NCBI GenBank assembly: GCA_046597055.1
Contig: JBKJLC010000219.1
Coordinates: 1 to 51,131, forward strand
Length of the DNA: 51,131 nucleotides
Reading direction: 5' to 3'
DNA from: Kofleriaceae bacterium
GTDB taxonomy: Bacteria > Myxococcota_A > Polyangia > Haliangiales > Haliangiaceae
The notes beneath the pieces were generated by a model, which worked only from the letters and a program-made list of their open reading frames with translations, had not been told where the DNA came from and did not search any database. The translations under genes were made by a program, and so were the position numbers. Of the stretch, positions 20,689-30,513 are shown piece by piece (the stretch's first letter is position 1; each line of letters opens with the position of its first letter).

Positions 20689-21811
20689 TGCCTTTGGCTT
20701 CTCCGCCGGAGCCGCTCGACCACCCCGCCCCCGTGCCGGACACACCGCGGAACAGCAGTGCGAAGTCGGACGGGCTCGAGGAGCTCTTGAGCGCCTCCTC
20801 GTAGGTGACGAGGTGCTGCTTGACCAGCTCGGCGAGGCTCTGGTCGAACGAGAACATGCCGTACGGGTGCTTGCCTTGCGAGATCGCGTCCTTGATCTCG
20901 CGGGTGCGCTGCGGGTCCTCGATCATCTCGCGGACCCGCTCGGTGTTGACCAGGACCTCGAGCGCCGGGACCATGCCCTTGCCGTCCGCGCGGGGCAGCA
21001 GCCGCTGCGAGATCACGCCCCTCAGCACGCTGGCGAGCGAGATGCGGGCCTGGGCCTGCTGGTGGGTCGGGAACATCGAGATGATGCGGTTGATGGTCTC
21101 GGTCGCGTCAGCGGTGTGAAGGGTCGAAAGCACGAGGTGGCCGGTCTCGGCCGCGGTCATCGCGATGCTCGCGGTCTCGTTGTCGCGCATCTCGCCGACC
21201 AGGATCAGGTCGGGATCCTGGCGCAGGGCGGCGCGCAGCGCCCGGGAAAACGACTGGGTGTCGAAGCCGATCTCGCGCTGGTTGATGACCGACCGCTTGT
21301 CGCGGAACGTGTACTCGATCGGGTCCTCGACGGTGACGATATGGTAGGCGTGCTGCGTGTTGACGTAGTCGACCATCGCCGCGAGCGTGGTCGACTTGCC
21401 CGAGCCGGTGACCCCGGTGACCAGGACCACGCCGCGGGCGTGGTCGGCCAGCTCGAGCACGACCTTGGGCAGATTGAGCCGCTCGAACGGCGGGACCTCG
21501 GGCGGGATCAGGCGCAGGACCATGCCGATCGTGCCGCGCTGCTGGAAGACGTTGCAGCGGTAGCGGACCCCGTCGGGGGTGCCGTACGCGAGGTCGAGGT
21601 CGAGGGCCTCCTCGAACGCGGCCTTCTGCTTGTCGCTCATCATGTGCATCGCGAAGTCGGAGATCGCCTCGCGGGTGAGGGCCGGCACGTCGCGCACGGT
21701 CCGCAGCTCCCCCTTGATCCGGAAGATCGGCGGGAGCCCCGCCTTGAGGTGGACGTCCGAGGCGCCGAGCTGGCGCGCCGCGCCGAGCACACGGTCGAGG
21801 ATCTGGCTCAT
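20654..21811 (-). CDS. pilT: Type IV pilus retraction ATPase, PilT/PilU family paralog
   Basis: ASDVHL, GVTGSGKSTT, TVEDPIEY, INQREIG, LRQDPDLILVGEMRD, AAETGHLVLSTLHT. The AIRNLIRE position reads RVREMIED, so it is a paralog rather than canonical PilT. Confidence 0.88.
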   Translation of the reverse strand: MSQILDRVLGAARQLGASDVHLKAGLPPIFRIKGELRTVRDVPALTREAISDFAMHMMSDKQKAAFEEALDLDLAYGTPDGVRYRCNVFQQRGTIGMVLRLIPPEVPPFERLNLPKVVLELADHARGVVLVTGVTGSGKSTTLAAMVDYVNTQHAYHIVTVEDPIEYTFRDKRSVINQREIGFDTQSFSRALRAALRQDPDLILVGEMRDNETASIAMTAAETGHLVLSTLHTADATETINRIISMFPTHQQAQARISLASVLRGVISQRLLPRADGKGMVPALEVLVNTERVREMIEDPQRTREIKDAISQGKHPYGMFSFDQSLAELVKQHLVTYEEALKSSSSPSDFALLFRGVSGTGAGWSSGSGGEAKGNDDFEIDRFTK

Positions 21812-21903
21812 CGCAGGTCAGTTCAGCCTAACATGAGCCCGCGATGCGACCGCGCCCTTCCAGAGCGGCAGTCGGCCGCGCGTGGTGTTAAGGTAGGACG
21901 TCG

Positions 21904-23025
21904 ATGCGATGCCCGGCCTGCGCTGGCGAGAACGCCGAGGGCGCCAAGTTCTGTGGTGCGTGCGGATTCCGGTTGCTCGCCGGGCCGGCGACCTTGCCGC
22001 CCGAGATCGCGGCGGCGACCCGGCCCATGCCGGTCATGCGGGTGCGTGACGACGATCCGGACGACGAGTCGATCGCGGCGGCGCCACGGCGACGCGGGGG
22101 TGGGCGGACGGCGCTGATCGCCCTCGTGCTGCTGGTGGATCTTGGGCTGGCGGGCGCGGGCGTCATCATGATGACGGGCGCGGTCGGCGGCGAGGGCTCG
22201 ACCGACTCGGGCGTGGTGCAGGTGGGCGGGGAGGCCGGGGTGGGCGGGGGCGAGGGGATCGGCGACGGCGGGCTGGCGGGCGGGGCGGGGAGTGGGGTGG
22301 CGGGCGGGGTTGACGGTGCGGGCGTTGCGGGCGTCGGGGGCAGCAGCGGGACCGGGACTGGCGGAAGCAGCGGGACTGGCGGCAGCGGCAGCGGGACCAG
22401 CAGCGGCAGCGGGGCTGGCGGCAGCGGCAGCGGGGCCAGCAGCGGCAGCGGGACCAGCAGCGGCAGCGGCAGCGGGACCAGCAGCGGCAGCGGGACCGGC
22501 AGCGGGACCGGCAGCGGCAGCGGGACCAGCAGCGGCAGCGGGACCGGCAGCGGCAGCGGGACCGGCAGCGGCACCGGGACCGGCAGCGGCACCGGGACCG
22601 GCAGCGGGGTCGTGATCGATGCTGGCGTGGTTCCGGTCGATGCTGAGGTGGTGGCTCCGGTCGATGCCGGGGCCGAGCCGGTCGACGCGGTCGTCGATGC
22701 CGAGCCTCCTCCGACCGTGTCGGCGTCAGGCGTCGCGGCTCATCTGTCACGCCTGGTCGCGCAGAACAGCAGCCGGCTGTCGCGCTGCTACGAGCAGGCG
22801 ACCAAGGTCTTGCCGGACGACCAGCCGCTGTTGGGCGAAGTGGACATCGAGCTGACGGTGTTGCCTACTGGGGCTGGGAGCAACGTGCGGATCACGCGGA
22901 ACACGACCGGCTCGCAGGTCCTCTCTCGCTGCGTGCTCGCGATCGGGGAGAGCTGGACCTTCCCGGCCCATGCCGAGGGCGGCGGGATCGACCTCAAGCG
23001 CACCTTCCGGTTCGGGCCGCAATGA
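21904..23025 (+). CDS. Zinc-ribbon / TM / Gly-Ser linker / AgmX-PglI (TonB-C-like) domain protein
   Basis: CPACAGENAEGAKFCGACG, a single TM helix, long GS linker, C-terminal LSRCYEQA...GEVDIELTV...LSRCVL...WTFP...FRFG. Confidence 0.8.
   Translation: MRCPACAGENAEGAKFCGACGFRLLAGPATLPPEIAAATRPMPVMRVRDDDPDDESIAAAPRRRGGGRTALIALVLLVDLGLAGAGVIMMTGAVGGEGSTDSGVVQVGGEAGVGGGEGIGDGGLAGGAGSGVAGGVDGAGVAGVGGSSGTGTGGSSGTGGSGSGTSSGSGAGGSGSGASSGSGTSSGSGSGTSSGSGTGSGTGSGSGTSSGSGTGSGSGTGSGTGTGSGTGTGSGVVIDAGVVPVDAEVVAPVDAGAEPVDAVVDAEPPPTVSASGVAAHLSRLVAQNSSRLSRCYEQATKVLPDDQPLLGEVDIELTVLPTGAGSNVRITRNTTGSQVLSRCVLAIGESWTFPAHAEGGGIDLKRTFRFGPQ
22339..22608 (+). repeat. Imperfect hexamer tandem repeat (GGCAGC/GGGACC/AGCAGC) encoding a Gly-Ser-Thr linker
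   Basis: Directly visible period-6 repeat. Confidence 0.9.
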
Positions 23026-24077
23026 CCTTCCGCAACGAGAGCCTGACCACTCGCATTCCCGGGATGGCCCGCGAGCTGGTCGGCGCCGCCGTGCTGGTCG
23101 TCGACCAGGATCCCAACGTTCACCAGGGCATGGCCCAGCTGCTGGGCGCCGCCAGCTTGCACGTCACGTGCGTGCGCGATCCCGAGGCGGCGATGGCGCA
23201 GGTCGAGCGCCAGTTCTTCTCGGTGATGCTGGTCGACATCGACACGCCGACGCCGGGCGCCGGCATCGACACCGTGCGCGTGCTCAAGGCGACCTCGCCG
23301 ACCTCCATGATCATCGCGCTGACGCCGCGCCGCTCGTTCGACGACGCGGTCACCGCGGTGCGGGCCGGGGCGATCGACCTCATCCTCAAGGCGCCTGATT
23401 CGGTCGCGTACCTCAAGGACCGCGTGCTCGATGCAGCCGGACGCTCGGTTGGCAAGCGCGAGGTCGACTCGGTGCTGAGCGAGGTCCGCTCCGTCCACGA
23501 GGAGTTCCTGCAGAAGTTCATGGACGCCGAGCGCCGCGCGGTCGATCTGCACGACCGCATGAGCGGCCGCGACCCGGCGCGGTCGTCCGACATCGAGAAC
23601 TTCGCGGTGCTGGTGATCGACGAGGTCGACTCGCTGGCCGACGCGCTGGTCGAGGCAGCGCCCGGCGGCTTCACGTTCATCCACGCGACCAGCGGCGGCG
23701 AGGGCATCGACCGGGTGTCGAGCGGCAAGTTCCACTACGCGATGGTGTCGGACGAGCTGCACGATCTGCCCGCGTCGATGGTGATCGCGACGGTGCGGAC
23801 CCAGGCGCCCGACACCGTGGTGTTCGCGTTTCGCGGGCCCGGGCCTCGCGGCTACGTCAACCTGGTCGAGGTGATGGGCCAGCGTCCCATCGTGACGCCG
23901 TTCGAGGATCCCTCGCAGCTGCTGACCCGCCTCGACGAGCTGGCCGAGGCGTTCCGCGCCCGCGCCCGCGAGCGACGCTACACGCAGAACTTTCGCGAGA
24001 AGCACTACGACTTCCTGCGCCGCTACGTCGAGCTGAAGACCAAGATCGATCGCGCGCTCAACGACGGTCCGGGCTGA
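23022..24077 (+). CDS. Response regulator with a receiver plus second pseudo-receiver domain and no DNA-binding output
   Basis: VLVVDQD...VMLVDID...ALT...LILKAP; second domain VLVIDE...AMVSDEL. ATGA overlap with the upstream gene. Confidence 0.8.
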   Translation: MTFRNESLTTRIPGMARELVGAAVLVVDQDPNVHQGMAQLLGAASLHVTCVRDPEAAMAQVERQFFSVMLVDIDTPTPGAGIDTVRVLKATSPTSMIIALTPRRSFDDAVTAVRAGAIDLILKAPDSVAYLKDRVLDAAGRSVGKREVDSVLSEVRSVHEEFLQKFMDAERRAVDLHDRMSGRDPARSSDIENFAVLVIDEVDSLADALVEAAPGGFTFIHATSGGEGIDRVSSGKFHYAMVSDELHDLPASMVIATVRTQAPDTVVFAFRGPGPRGYVNLVEVMGQRPIVTPFEDPSQLLTRLDELAEAFRARARERRYTQNFREKHYDFLRRYVELKTKIDRALNDGPG

Positions 24078-24120
24078 TCGGCCGCGCCCCGCGGGGCGCC
24101 GACCGCGCAACCGGTCTGGC

Positions 24121-24480
24121 TCAGCGGACGACCAGGCCGTTCCTGCCGTCGGGCACCGCCACCATCTCCCCGGTCTCGAGCAGCGAGCCGTCAGGCGCGA
24201 TGTCGAGGCGGACGATCTGGTCGGTGCCCGAGTTGAGCGCGTAAAGGTGCCGGCTCGATCGATCGAGCGCCATGTCGATGGGGCGACCGCCTGGACCGGT
24301 GGTCGCGGTCGCGCCGCGGTCGTCGAACAAGACGACGACGGGACCACGTCGGGGGCCAGCCGGTACGACGACACGGCGCCGAGCCCAGGCGCTCCCCCGA
24401 AGGCCTCGGAGACGATCAGCGCGCCGCGCGAGGTGAATCCGAACCCGCGGCCCGTACGCACCGACGTGCACCCCGGTAAC
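24121..24480 (-). pseudogene. Truncated, frameshifted lactonase-family (6-phosphogluconolactonase-like) beta-propeller remnant
   Basis: GFGFTSRGALIVSEAFGGAPGLGAVSSYRLAPD in one frame, then TGPGGRPIDMALDRSSRHLYALNSGTDQIVRLDIAPDGSL...GLVVR* in another; no 5' half. 5' boundary approximate. Confidence 0.7.
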
Positions 24481-24585
24481 GACCGCGGCGTTTGAGCGTT
24501 TCGACCGCCGCGTTCGAGAAAGATCGCGTACCCAGCTCGGCCGCCGCGAGGATCTGTGTCGAAGGCGACCGAGCAACCCACGATA

Positions 24586-24993
24586 ATGAACCTGATGGCA
24601 TGGTCGACCGAGGTGTGGTCGAAGGCGCGCTGGCGCCAGCAGCTCGACGCGGTTTCGCGCGCGATCTCGGCGGCACCCGCGGTCCCGGCGCTGCCGGTGC
24701 AGGCCAGCGTCAGCGACGGCACCCTGCACGTCGTCGCCGAGCCACCGCCCGGCAGTCACGCCGTGCTCGCGGTATGGGAAGACGGCCTGGTCACCCAGGT
24801 CACCGACGGCGAGAACGATGGCGAGACCCTGGTCGACGATCGCGTCGGGCGCGCGCTGGTCTCGCTCGACGCCGGCGGCCGCGCCCGCGTGCGCCTCGAC
24901 CCGACCTGGCGGCGCGTGGCTCTGGGCGCGGCGGTGCTTGCCCACGGCGATGACCGCCGCATCGTTGCCGCGGCCGCGTTGACGATGCCCTGA
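24586..24993 (+). pseudogene. C-terminal fragment of a DUF1223 family protein
   Basis: AVWEDGLVTQVTDGENDGETLVDDRVGRAL resembles the DUF1223 C-terminal motif; the N-terminal ELFTSQGCxxC thioredoxin part is absent. Confidence 0.6.
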
Positions 24994-25042
24994 CGGAGCG
25001 CCCCGCTCTTCTCTATGACGCCGCCGTATTAGACTCCGCGCG

Positions 25043-25615
25043 ATGGGCCACGACCACGCGATTCCCGCCGCCGGCATCAGCGCCGTCGACCTCGTCACCG
25101 TCCGCGCGCGCTTCCCCGCCGAGGCCGACGAGATCGCGGGGCTGGCCGCGCGACTCGCCGCCGGCACCGAGACGCCAGCCGAGTTCTTGCGCCTGTGCGA
25201 GCTCCTGCACGTCGTCGGCGAGGCGCGCGAGAGCGAGTACCTGCTCCGCCGCAACCTGGACTTCTACGGCGGTGAGGCGCTGTACGCGCGCCTGCACGGC
25301 GACCGGGCCCACGCCGAGCTGGCGCGCGCGATCGCGTGCTTCGGCGGGCAGGCCGAGGTCGAGCTGGGCGCGATCGAGGACGAGGAGGACTCGCTCGACC
25401 GGACCTACGCTTGCCGCCCCCGCTGGGAGCCGCTGCCGCACCCCGCGTTCGGCGGCCGGTGTCTCGTGCGCTTCGACTACGCGCACCGCGACTTCGTCGA
25501 AGCTGCGCTGTGGGCCGACAGCCCCGACGAGCACGGCCGCACGCCCGGGCTCGACTACCGGTTCGTCGACGGTCGCTGGCAGGCGCACGATGGCGACGAC
25601 GACGACGAGGAGTGA
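25043..25615 (+). CDS. Hypothetical protein
   Basis: 190 aa ORF with GC3-biased codons; TAGACT lies 7 nt before the ATG. Confidence 0.75.
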   Translation: MGHDHAIPAAGISAVDLVTVRARFPAEADEIAGLAARLAAGTETPAEFLRLCELLHVVGEARESEYLLRRNLDFYGGEALYARLHGDRAHAELARAIACFGGQAEVELGAIEDEEDSLDRTYACRPRWEPLPHPAFGGRCLVRFDYAHRDFVEAALWADSPDEHGRTPGLDYRFVDGRWQAHDGDDDDEE

Positions 25616-25674
25616 CGCCGCCCTGGCGCTGACCGCGGGCGTCCGTCAGAGGTTGTGCGCCCTCTCCATGGGTT

Positions 25675-27117
25675 CTACAGCAGGACGCCGCCGGCGGGCA
25701 GGCTCGAGCCGGCGGCGTCGGCGGGCGCCTCGGGGACGCCGGCGTCGACCGGGCGCGGCTCTTCGACCGGCAGGGCCACGCCGGGCGGCGCCGGTGGGCG
25801 CGTGACGAGCGGGACGCCCGACGGCGGCTGCTGGGGCGCGCTGGCGCCGCCGGGGCCGGCGCCGAGCGCGGCCGCGGTGGTGCGGGCGAAGCCGGCCCAC
25901 GCCGCCGCATCCGAGGCGTGGCGCGGCCGGCGGATCGCCGCGTCGTCGAAGCGCTTGGCTGCCTCGAGCAGCGCGGTGGCCGCGGCCTTGACCTGGGCCG
26001 CGCCGCGCCAGTAGGTCACGTCGCCGAGCAGGCGCTCGATGTCCTTGCGCTGATCGCGGCGCTCCGGCGCGCGGGTGAGGAGCAGGGCCTGCTGCAGCTG
26101 CTTCTCGGCGAGGTCGGTGTTGCCGGCGGCGTCGCCGCTCAGCTGGGTGGTCGCCTGCTCGACCAGCGCGTCGAGGTACCAGCCCTCGAGTCGGGCCGGG
26201 TTGCCGGTCTCGCGCGGGGTGCATTCGGCCGACGGCGGGATCGCGATCGGCGCCCACTCGGCGCCGCGCCGCGGCTCGCTGCCCCACGGCGGGAAGAAGC
26301 GACCGTGCTCGGCGGCGATCTGCGTGGCCGTGCAGGTCAGGTAGTAGCGCTGCTGGTTGACCCGGCCGAGGAGGATGAAGCCGGCGACGGTCGCGCCGAG
26401 CAGGCCGATCAGGGCCACGAACAGCGGCCAGCGACGACCCCGACGGCGACGTGGGCCGTCGAGCAGGTCGTCGTCGCCGCTGCCGTTGCCGTCGTCGCCG
26501 CGGTCGCGATCGCGGTCGTCGTCGAGTGAGCCGGCGCGGGGGCGGCCGCGGAACGTCGTGCGCGCGGCGGGCGGGGTGGGGGCCGGGGATGGCGTGACGC
26601 CGACCGCGAGCTGGAGGTCGGTGAGGGTTGCGGAGACCGGGGGCGGGGGGAGCGTGGGCTCGGCGAGTGCGGCGGCGGCGACGGCATCAGCAGCGGCGAC
26701 GGCAGCGGCATCGGCATCAGCAGCGGCAGCGGCAGTGGCAGCGGCATCAGCAGCGGCATCAGCAGCGGCATCAGCAGCGGCATCAGCAGCGGCAGTGGCA
26801 GCGGCAGCGGCAGCGGCAGCGGCAGCGGCAGCGGCATCAGCAGCGGGACCAGCAGCGGCAGCGGCATCAGCAGCGGCGACAGCATCAGCAACGGAAACGG
26901 GCGTGGCAGGCGCGGTCTGCTGGCGCATGCGGGATCGGGTCTCGGCGCGCGCGGTCTCGCGCAGCCGGTCCGCTTCCCGCTCCAGCTCGAGCTCCCGCTC
27001 CCGAGCGCGGACCTTGTCCCGCTCCCGCGGCGTCTCCCGCACGCTGACCTTCTCCTTCTCCCTCTCCCTCTCCTTCTCCTTCTCCTTCTCCTTCTCCTTC
27101 TCGTCATCGCCCCCCAT
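25675..27117 (-). CDS. Hypothetical single-pass membrane protein (low-complexity cytoplasmic N-terminus, helical periplasmic domain)
   Basis: EK/ER and poly-Ala tracts, TM RRWPLFVALIGLLGATVAGFILLG; start overlaps the GGDEF gene stop (TGATG). Confidence 0.75.
   Translation of the reverse strand: MGGDDEKEKEKEKEKEREREKEKVSVRETPRERDKVRARERELELEREADRLRETARAETRSRMRQQTAPATPVSVADAVAAADAAAAAGPAADAAAAAAAAAAAAATAAADAAADAAADAAADAAATAAAAADADAAAVAAADAVAAAALAEPTLPPPPVSATLTDLQLAVGVTPSPAPTPPAARTTFRGRPRAGSLDDDRDRDRGDDGNGSGDDDLLDGPRRRRGRRWPLFVALIGLLGATVAGFILLGRVNQQRYYLTCTATQIAAEHGRFFPPWGSEPRRGAEWAPIAIPPSAECTPRETGNPARLEGWYLDALVEQATTQLSGDAAGNTDLAEKQLQQALLLTRAPERRDQRKDIERLLGDVTYWRGAAQVKAAATALLEAAKRFDDAAIRRPRHASDAAAWAGFARTTAAALGAGPGGASAPQQPPSGVPLVTRPPAPPGVALPVEEPRPVDAGVPEAPADAAGSSLPAGGVLL
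26683..26890 (+). repeat. Imperfect hexamer tandem repeat (GGCAGC/GGCATC/AGCAGC) read on the minus strand as poly-Ala/Asp
   Basis: Directly visible; produces GCT/GAT codons atypical for this genome. Confidence 0.9.
27048..27102 (+). repeat. Polypyrimidine hexamer repeat (TTCTCC/CTCTCC)n encoding EK/ER repeats
   Basis: Directly visible. Confidence 0.85.
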
Positions 27118-28124
27118 CACGCCACCTCCACGCGATTCCGGCCCTTGGCCTTCGCCACGTACAACGCCCCATCCGCCCGCTTCACCAGCTCCACCCCCGT
27201 CTCGCCCGCGCGGTGCTGCGCGATCCCGACCGACGCGCACACCCACAGCTCGTGCCCGTCGACCACGATCGCCGTCCCCGCCACCCGGGTGCGCATCCGC
27301 TCGCCGACCTCCCACGCCTGCCCGGCCGAGGACCGCGGCAGGACGACCAGGAACTCCTCGCCGCCGTAGCGGACCAGCAGGTCGCCGCCGCGGATCGCGG
27401 AGCGCAGACGGCGCGCGACTTCGCAGAGCACGTCGTCGCCGACGTTGTGGCCGTGCTGGTCGTTGACCGCCTTGAAGTGATCGACGTCGACCATCGCGAC
27501 CGCGAGCGGGCGGTCGGCGCCGCTGTCGGCCGCCTCGATCTCGACCGGCAGGCGCGCCGCGAGAAACTCGCGGTTGTAGGCGCCGGTCAGGCCGTCGGTG
27601 ACCGCGACCTTGTGCAGCCGCAGGTTCTCCATGTCGAGCGCGATCGTGGTCGCGATGAACTGGAGCAGCTCGATATCGCTCGGTCGGAACGCGCCGCTGC
27701 GACCCGAGGTCGCGGTGAGCACGCCGGCGACCTGGCCGCGGGCGAGCAGGGGCACGCACGCCAGCGACACGATCGGCGTCTGCACGTCGCCGGGCAGGAC
27801 CGCGAAGCGGGGGTCGGTGGCGACGTCGTCGATCAGGGCCGCTTCGCCGCGCTGGGCCACCCAGCCGGCCACGCCCTCACCGACCGCGAACGACAGCCGA
27901 TGGACCTTCTCGGTGCGCAGGCCAAACGCCGCGCGGGCCAGCAGCCGCTGGCGGGCGTGGTCGAGCAGCATCACCGAGCAGGCCTCGCAGTCAAGGAGCT
28001 GACAGCACAGCTCCGAGATCCGGGACAACAGGGTCCCGACCTCCTGGTCGGAGCCCAGCACCTTCCCGATCTCGAACAGTACGGCGGGCAGGCGGTGGCG
28101 GAAGGAGTCGTCCGCCGCCGTCAT
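27117..28124 (-). CDS. GAF-GGDEF diguanylate cyclase
   Basis: GAF ([15 protein letters not shown]), [25 protein letters not shown]-site, RYGGEEF. ATGA overlap with hpt. Confidence 0.95.
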   Translation of the reverse strand: MTAADDSFRHRLPAVLFEIGKVLGSDQEVGTLLSRISELCCQLLDCEACSVMLLDHARQRLLARAAFGLRTEKVHRLSFAVGEGVAGWVAQRGEAALIDDVATDPRFAVLPGDVQTPIVSLACVPLLARGQVAGVLTATSGRSGAFRPSDIELLQFIATTIALDMENLRLHKVAVTDGLTGAYNREFLAARLPVEIEAADSGADRPLAVAMVDVDHFKAVNDQHGHNVGDDVLCEVARRLRSAIRGGDLLVRYGGEEFLVVLPRSSAGQAWEVGERMRTRVAGTAIVVDGHELWVCASVGIAQHRAGETGVELVKRADGALYVAKAKGRNRVEVA

Positions 28125-28690
28125 GCGCCGGTGACGTATCCGATGAAGGGCAGGTTGCGGTAGCGCTGCGCGATGTCCAGGCCGTAGCCGACCACGAACT
28201 TGTTCGGGATCGTGAAGCCGAGGTAGTCGATCGGCACCGCGCGCTCGGTGCGCTCCGGCTTGTGCAGCAGCGAGCACAGCTTGATGCTCGCCGGGTGACG
28301 GGTCGCGAGGTTCTCCATCAGGTAGCCGACGGTCTGCCCGGTGTCGACGATGTCCTCGACGATCAGCACGTGCTTGCCCGCGATCGGCTTGGTCAGATCC
28401 TGGGTGATCTGGACCACGCCCGACGACACGGTGGCGTCGCCGTAGCTGGCGACCGCGATGAAGTCGATCGACAGCGGCAGCGCGACGTGGCGCACCAGGT
28501 CGGCCATGAACAGGAGCGAGCCCTTGAGCACCCCGAGGACCACGACGTCCTCGCCGGCGCCCGCGGCCTGGTAGTCGGCGGTGATGGCGCGGCCGAGCTC
28601 CGCGACGCGTCGCGCGATCGCCTCGGCCGAGATCAGCTCGACGAACGGCTCGGGCTCGCGGTTCCACACCGGGTACGGCGCATCGATCAT
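28121..28690 (-). CDS. hpt: Hypoxanthine phosphoribosyltransferase
   Basis: GVLKGS...[32 protein letters not shown]. Confidence 0.96.
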   Translation of the reverse strand: MIDAPYPVWNREPEPFVELISAEAIARRVAELGRAITADYQAAGAGEDVVVLGVLKGSLLFMADLVRHVALPLSIDFIAVASYGDATVSSGVVQITQDLTKPIAGKHVLIVEDIVDTGQTVGYLMENLATRHPASIKLCSLLHKPERTERAVPIDYLGFTIPNKFVVGYGLDIAQRYRNLPFIGYVTGA

Positions 28691-28697
28691 GGCGGGG

Positions 28698-28726
28698 ACT
28701 GTATCGACCGAGGCCGCCGCGGGCAA
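28698..28726 (-). promoter_or_regulatory. Leaderless sigma70-type promoter of hpt (TTGCCC-N17-TACAGT-N7-ATG)
   Basis: -35 at 28721-28726, -10 at 28698-28703, no Shine-Dalgarno. Confidence 0.65.
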
Positions 28727-28748
28727 TCCACGTGTATGATCGGCAGGA

Positions 28749-30500
28749 ATGCCTAGTGCCGATCTCGAGGGCCAGCTCAGCCAGCTGCTGTCGGAGGCGA
28801 GGACCGAGATCGACGTCCCGCGCCGTCGCCGGATCTTCTGCAACCGCAACCTTCGCATGGGCCAGGTCGAGCTGATCGGCTTCGACATGGACTACACGCT
28901 GGCGCTCTACTACCAGGACAAGCTCGAGCGTCTGTCGATCGAGCTCACGCTCGACAAGCTGTGCGGCAAGCACGGCTATCCCGAAGAGATCCGGCACCTC
29001 CCGTACGAGCCGCAGTGGGCGATCCGCGGGCTCATGGTCGACCGCCAGCTCGGCAACGTGTTCAAGGCCGACCGCCACAGCCACGTCGGCCGCTGCTTCC
29101 ACGGCTTCCGCAAGCTCACCCCGGAGGAGCGCAAGGCGCTCTACCGCAACCAGAAGATCGACCTGGGCAGCGAGCGCTACGAGTGGATCGACACGCTGTT
29201 CGGTCTGCCCGAGGCGGTCATGTACGTGACGCTGGTCGACTGGGCCGACCGCACGCGCGGCGGCGCGGTCGACTACGACAAGCTGTTCGCCGACATCCGC
29301 ATCTCGATCGACGAGGCCCACCGCGACGACACCCTCAAGTCGGTCATCAAGGCCGACCTGGCCGCCTTCATCGTCAAGGACTCCGACCTGGCCGAGACGC
29401 TCCACAAGCTGCGCAGCTCGGGCAAGAAGCTGTTCCTGCTCACCAACTCGCTCTACGACTACACCGATGCGGTCATGAAGTTCCTGCTCGACGGCGCGCG
29501 CACGCCGTACCCGAGCTGGCGCAACTACTTCGACGTCGTGATCTGTGGCGGCGCCAAGCCCGCCTTTTTCAACGAGCGCCGTCCGTTCGTGCAGATCGAT
29601 CCGGCCACGGGCAAGGAGCTGCCGGCCGAGGTCAAGTCGCTCCTGCGCGACCGGATCTACCAGGGCGGCAACGTCGTCTCGTTCGAGGAGATGACCGGCA
29701 TCCGCGGGGAGAACGTCCTCTACATCGGCGACCACATCTACGGCGACATCTTGCGGCTGCGCAAGCAGCACATGTGGCGCACCGCGATGGTGATGCAGGA
29801 GCTCGACGCCGAGATCGCGGTCAGCGAGCGCTTCGAGGGCCAGCTGCGAGACCTCGATCTGCTCGATCGCCGGCGCCGCAACCTCGAGTCGGAGATCGAC
29901 TTCCAGGCGCTGCGCCTCAAGCGGATCCAGCGCCTGCTCGACGAGGCCAACGCGGTGGTCGCGGCCCAGGTGATCGCGCCGCCGTCGCCGTCGCTGGCGG
30001 CGATCGCCGCCGGCAGCAGCGTGAGCGAGGCGGGCGCGCCCACGACGCCGATGGCGGCCGCGGTCGCCGCTCGCCATGCCGCCGCCCAGGGCGCCGCGAG
30101 CGCCGCCGCCGGTGCGTTCGGGCTGCCCACGCCGAGCGGCGCGGTCGACCCGCTGACCCGATCCGGCGCCGACGGCGTCCGCGGCAGCCTGGCCTCGGTG
30201 TCGCCGACGCTGCGCGCGCGGCTCGAAGAGGCCAAGCGCCAGACCAAGGCGGCGCTCGACAGCCTCCGCGATCGGTCGCGGCTGATGGCGGAGGAGGTCG
30301 AGATCCTGGACGAGGCGACCGAGCGCGCCTTCAACCCGTACTGGGGCTCGATCCTGCGCGAGGGCAACGAGGGCTCGCGGTTCGGCGAGCAGGTCGGTGA
30401 CTATGCCGACCTCTACACGTCGCGGGTGTCGAACTTCCTGTCGTTCTCACCGCTGCGCTACTTCCGCGCGCCACGACGCGCCATGCCGCACGAGCTCTGA
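28749..30500 (+). CDS. HAD-IG family (cN-II-like) IMP/GMP 5'-nucleotidase
   Basis: [52 protein letters not shown]. Confidence 0.93.
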   Translation: MPSADLEGQLSQLLSEARTEIDVPRRRRIFCNRNLRMGQVELIGFDMDYTLALYYQDKLERLSIELTLDKLCGKHGYPEEIRHLPYEPQWAIRGLMVDRQLGNVFKADRHSHVGRCFHGFRKLTPEERKALYRNQKIDLGSERYEWIDTLFGLPEAVMYVTLVDWADRTRGGAVDYDKLFADIRISIDEAHRDDTLKSVIKADLAAFIVKDSDLAETLHKLRSSGKKLFLLTNSLYDYTDAVMKFLLDGARTPYPSWRNYFDVVICGGAKPAFFNERRPFVQIDPATGKELPAEVKSLLRDRIYQGGNVVSFEEMTGIRGENVLYIGDHIYGDILRLRKQHMWRTAMVMQELDAEIAVSERFEGQLRDLDLLDRRRRNLESEIDFQALRLKRIQRLLDEANAVVAAQVIAPPSPSLAAIAAGSSVSEAGAPTTPMAAAVAARHAAAQGAASAAAGAFGLPTPSGAVDPLTRSGADGVRGSLASVSPTLRARLEEAKRQTKAALDSLRDRSRLMAEEVEILDEATERAFNPYWGSILREGNEGSRFGEQVGDYADLYTSRVSNFLSFSPLRYFRAPRRAMPHEL

Positions 30501-30513
30501 TCGACGCGGCCGC

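Noticed and set aside
22339..22608. CRISPR-like array
   Set aside because: It is a simple hexamer tandem repeat with no unique spacers, and no cas genes are present.
28125..30077. N-terminal extension of the GGDEF ORF to 986 aa
   Set aside because: It overlaps hpt in another frame and cN-II on the other strand; the ATGA overlap at 28121-28124 gives the start.
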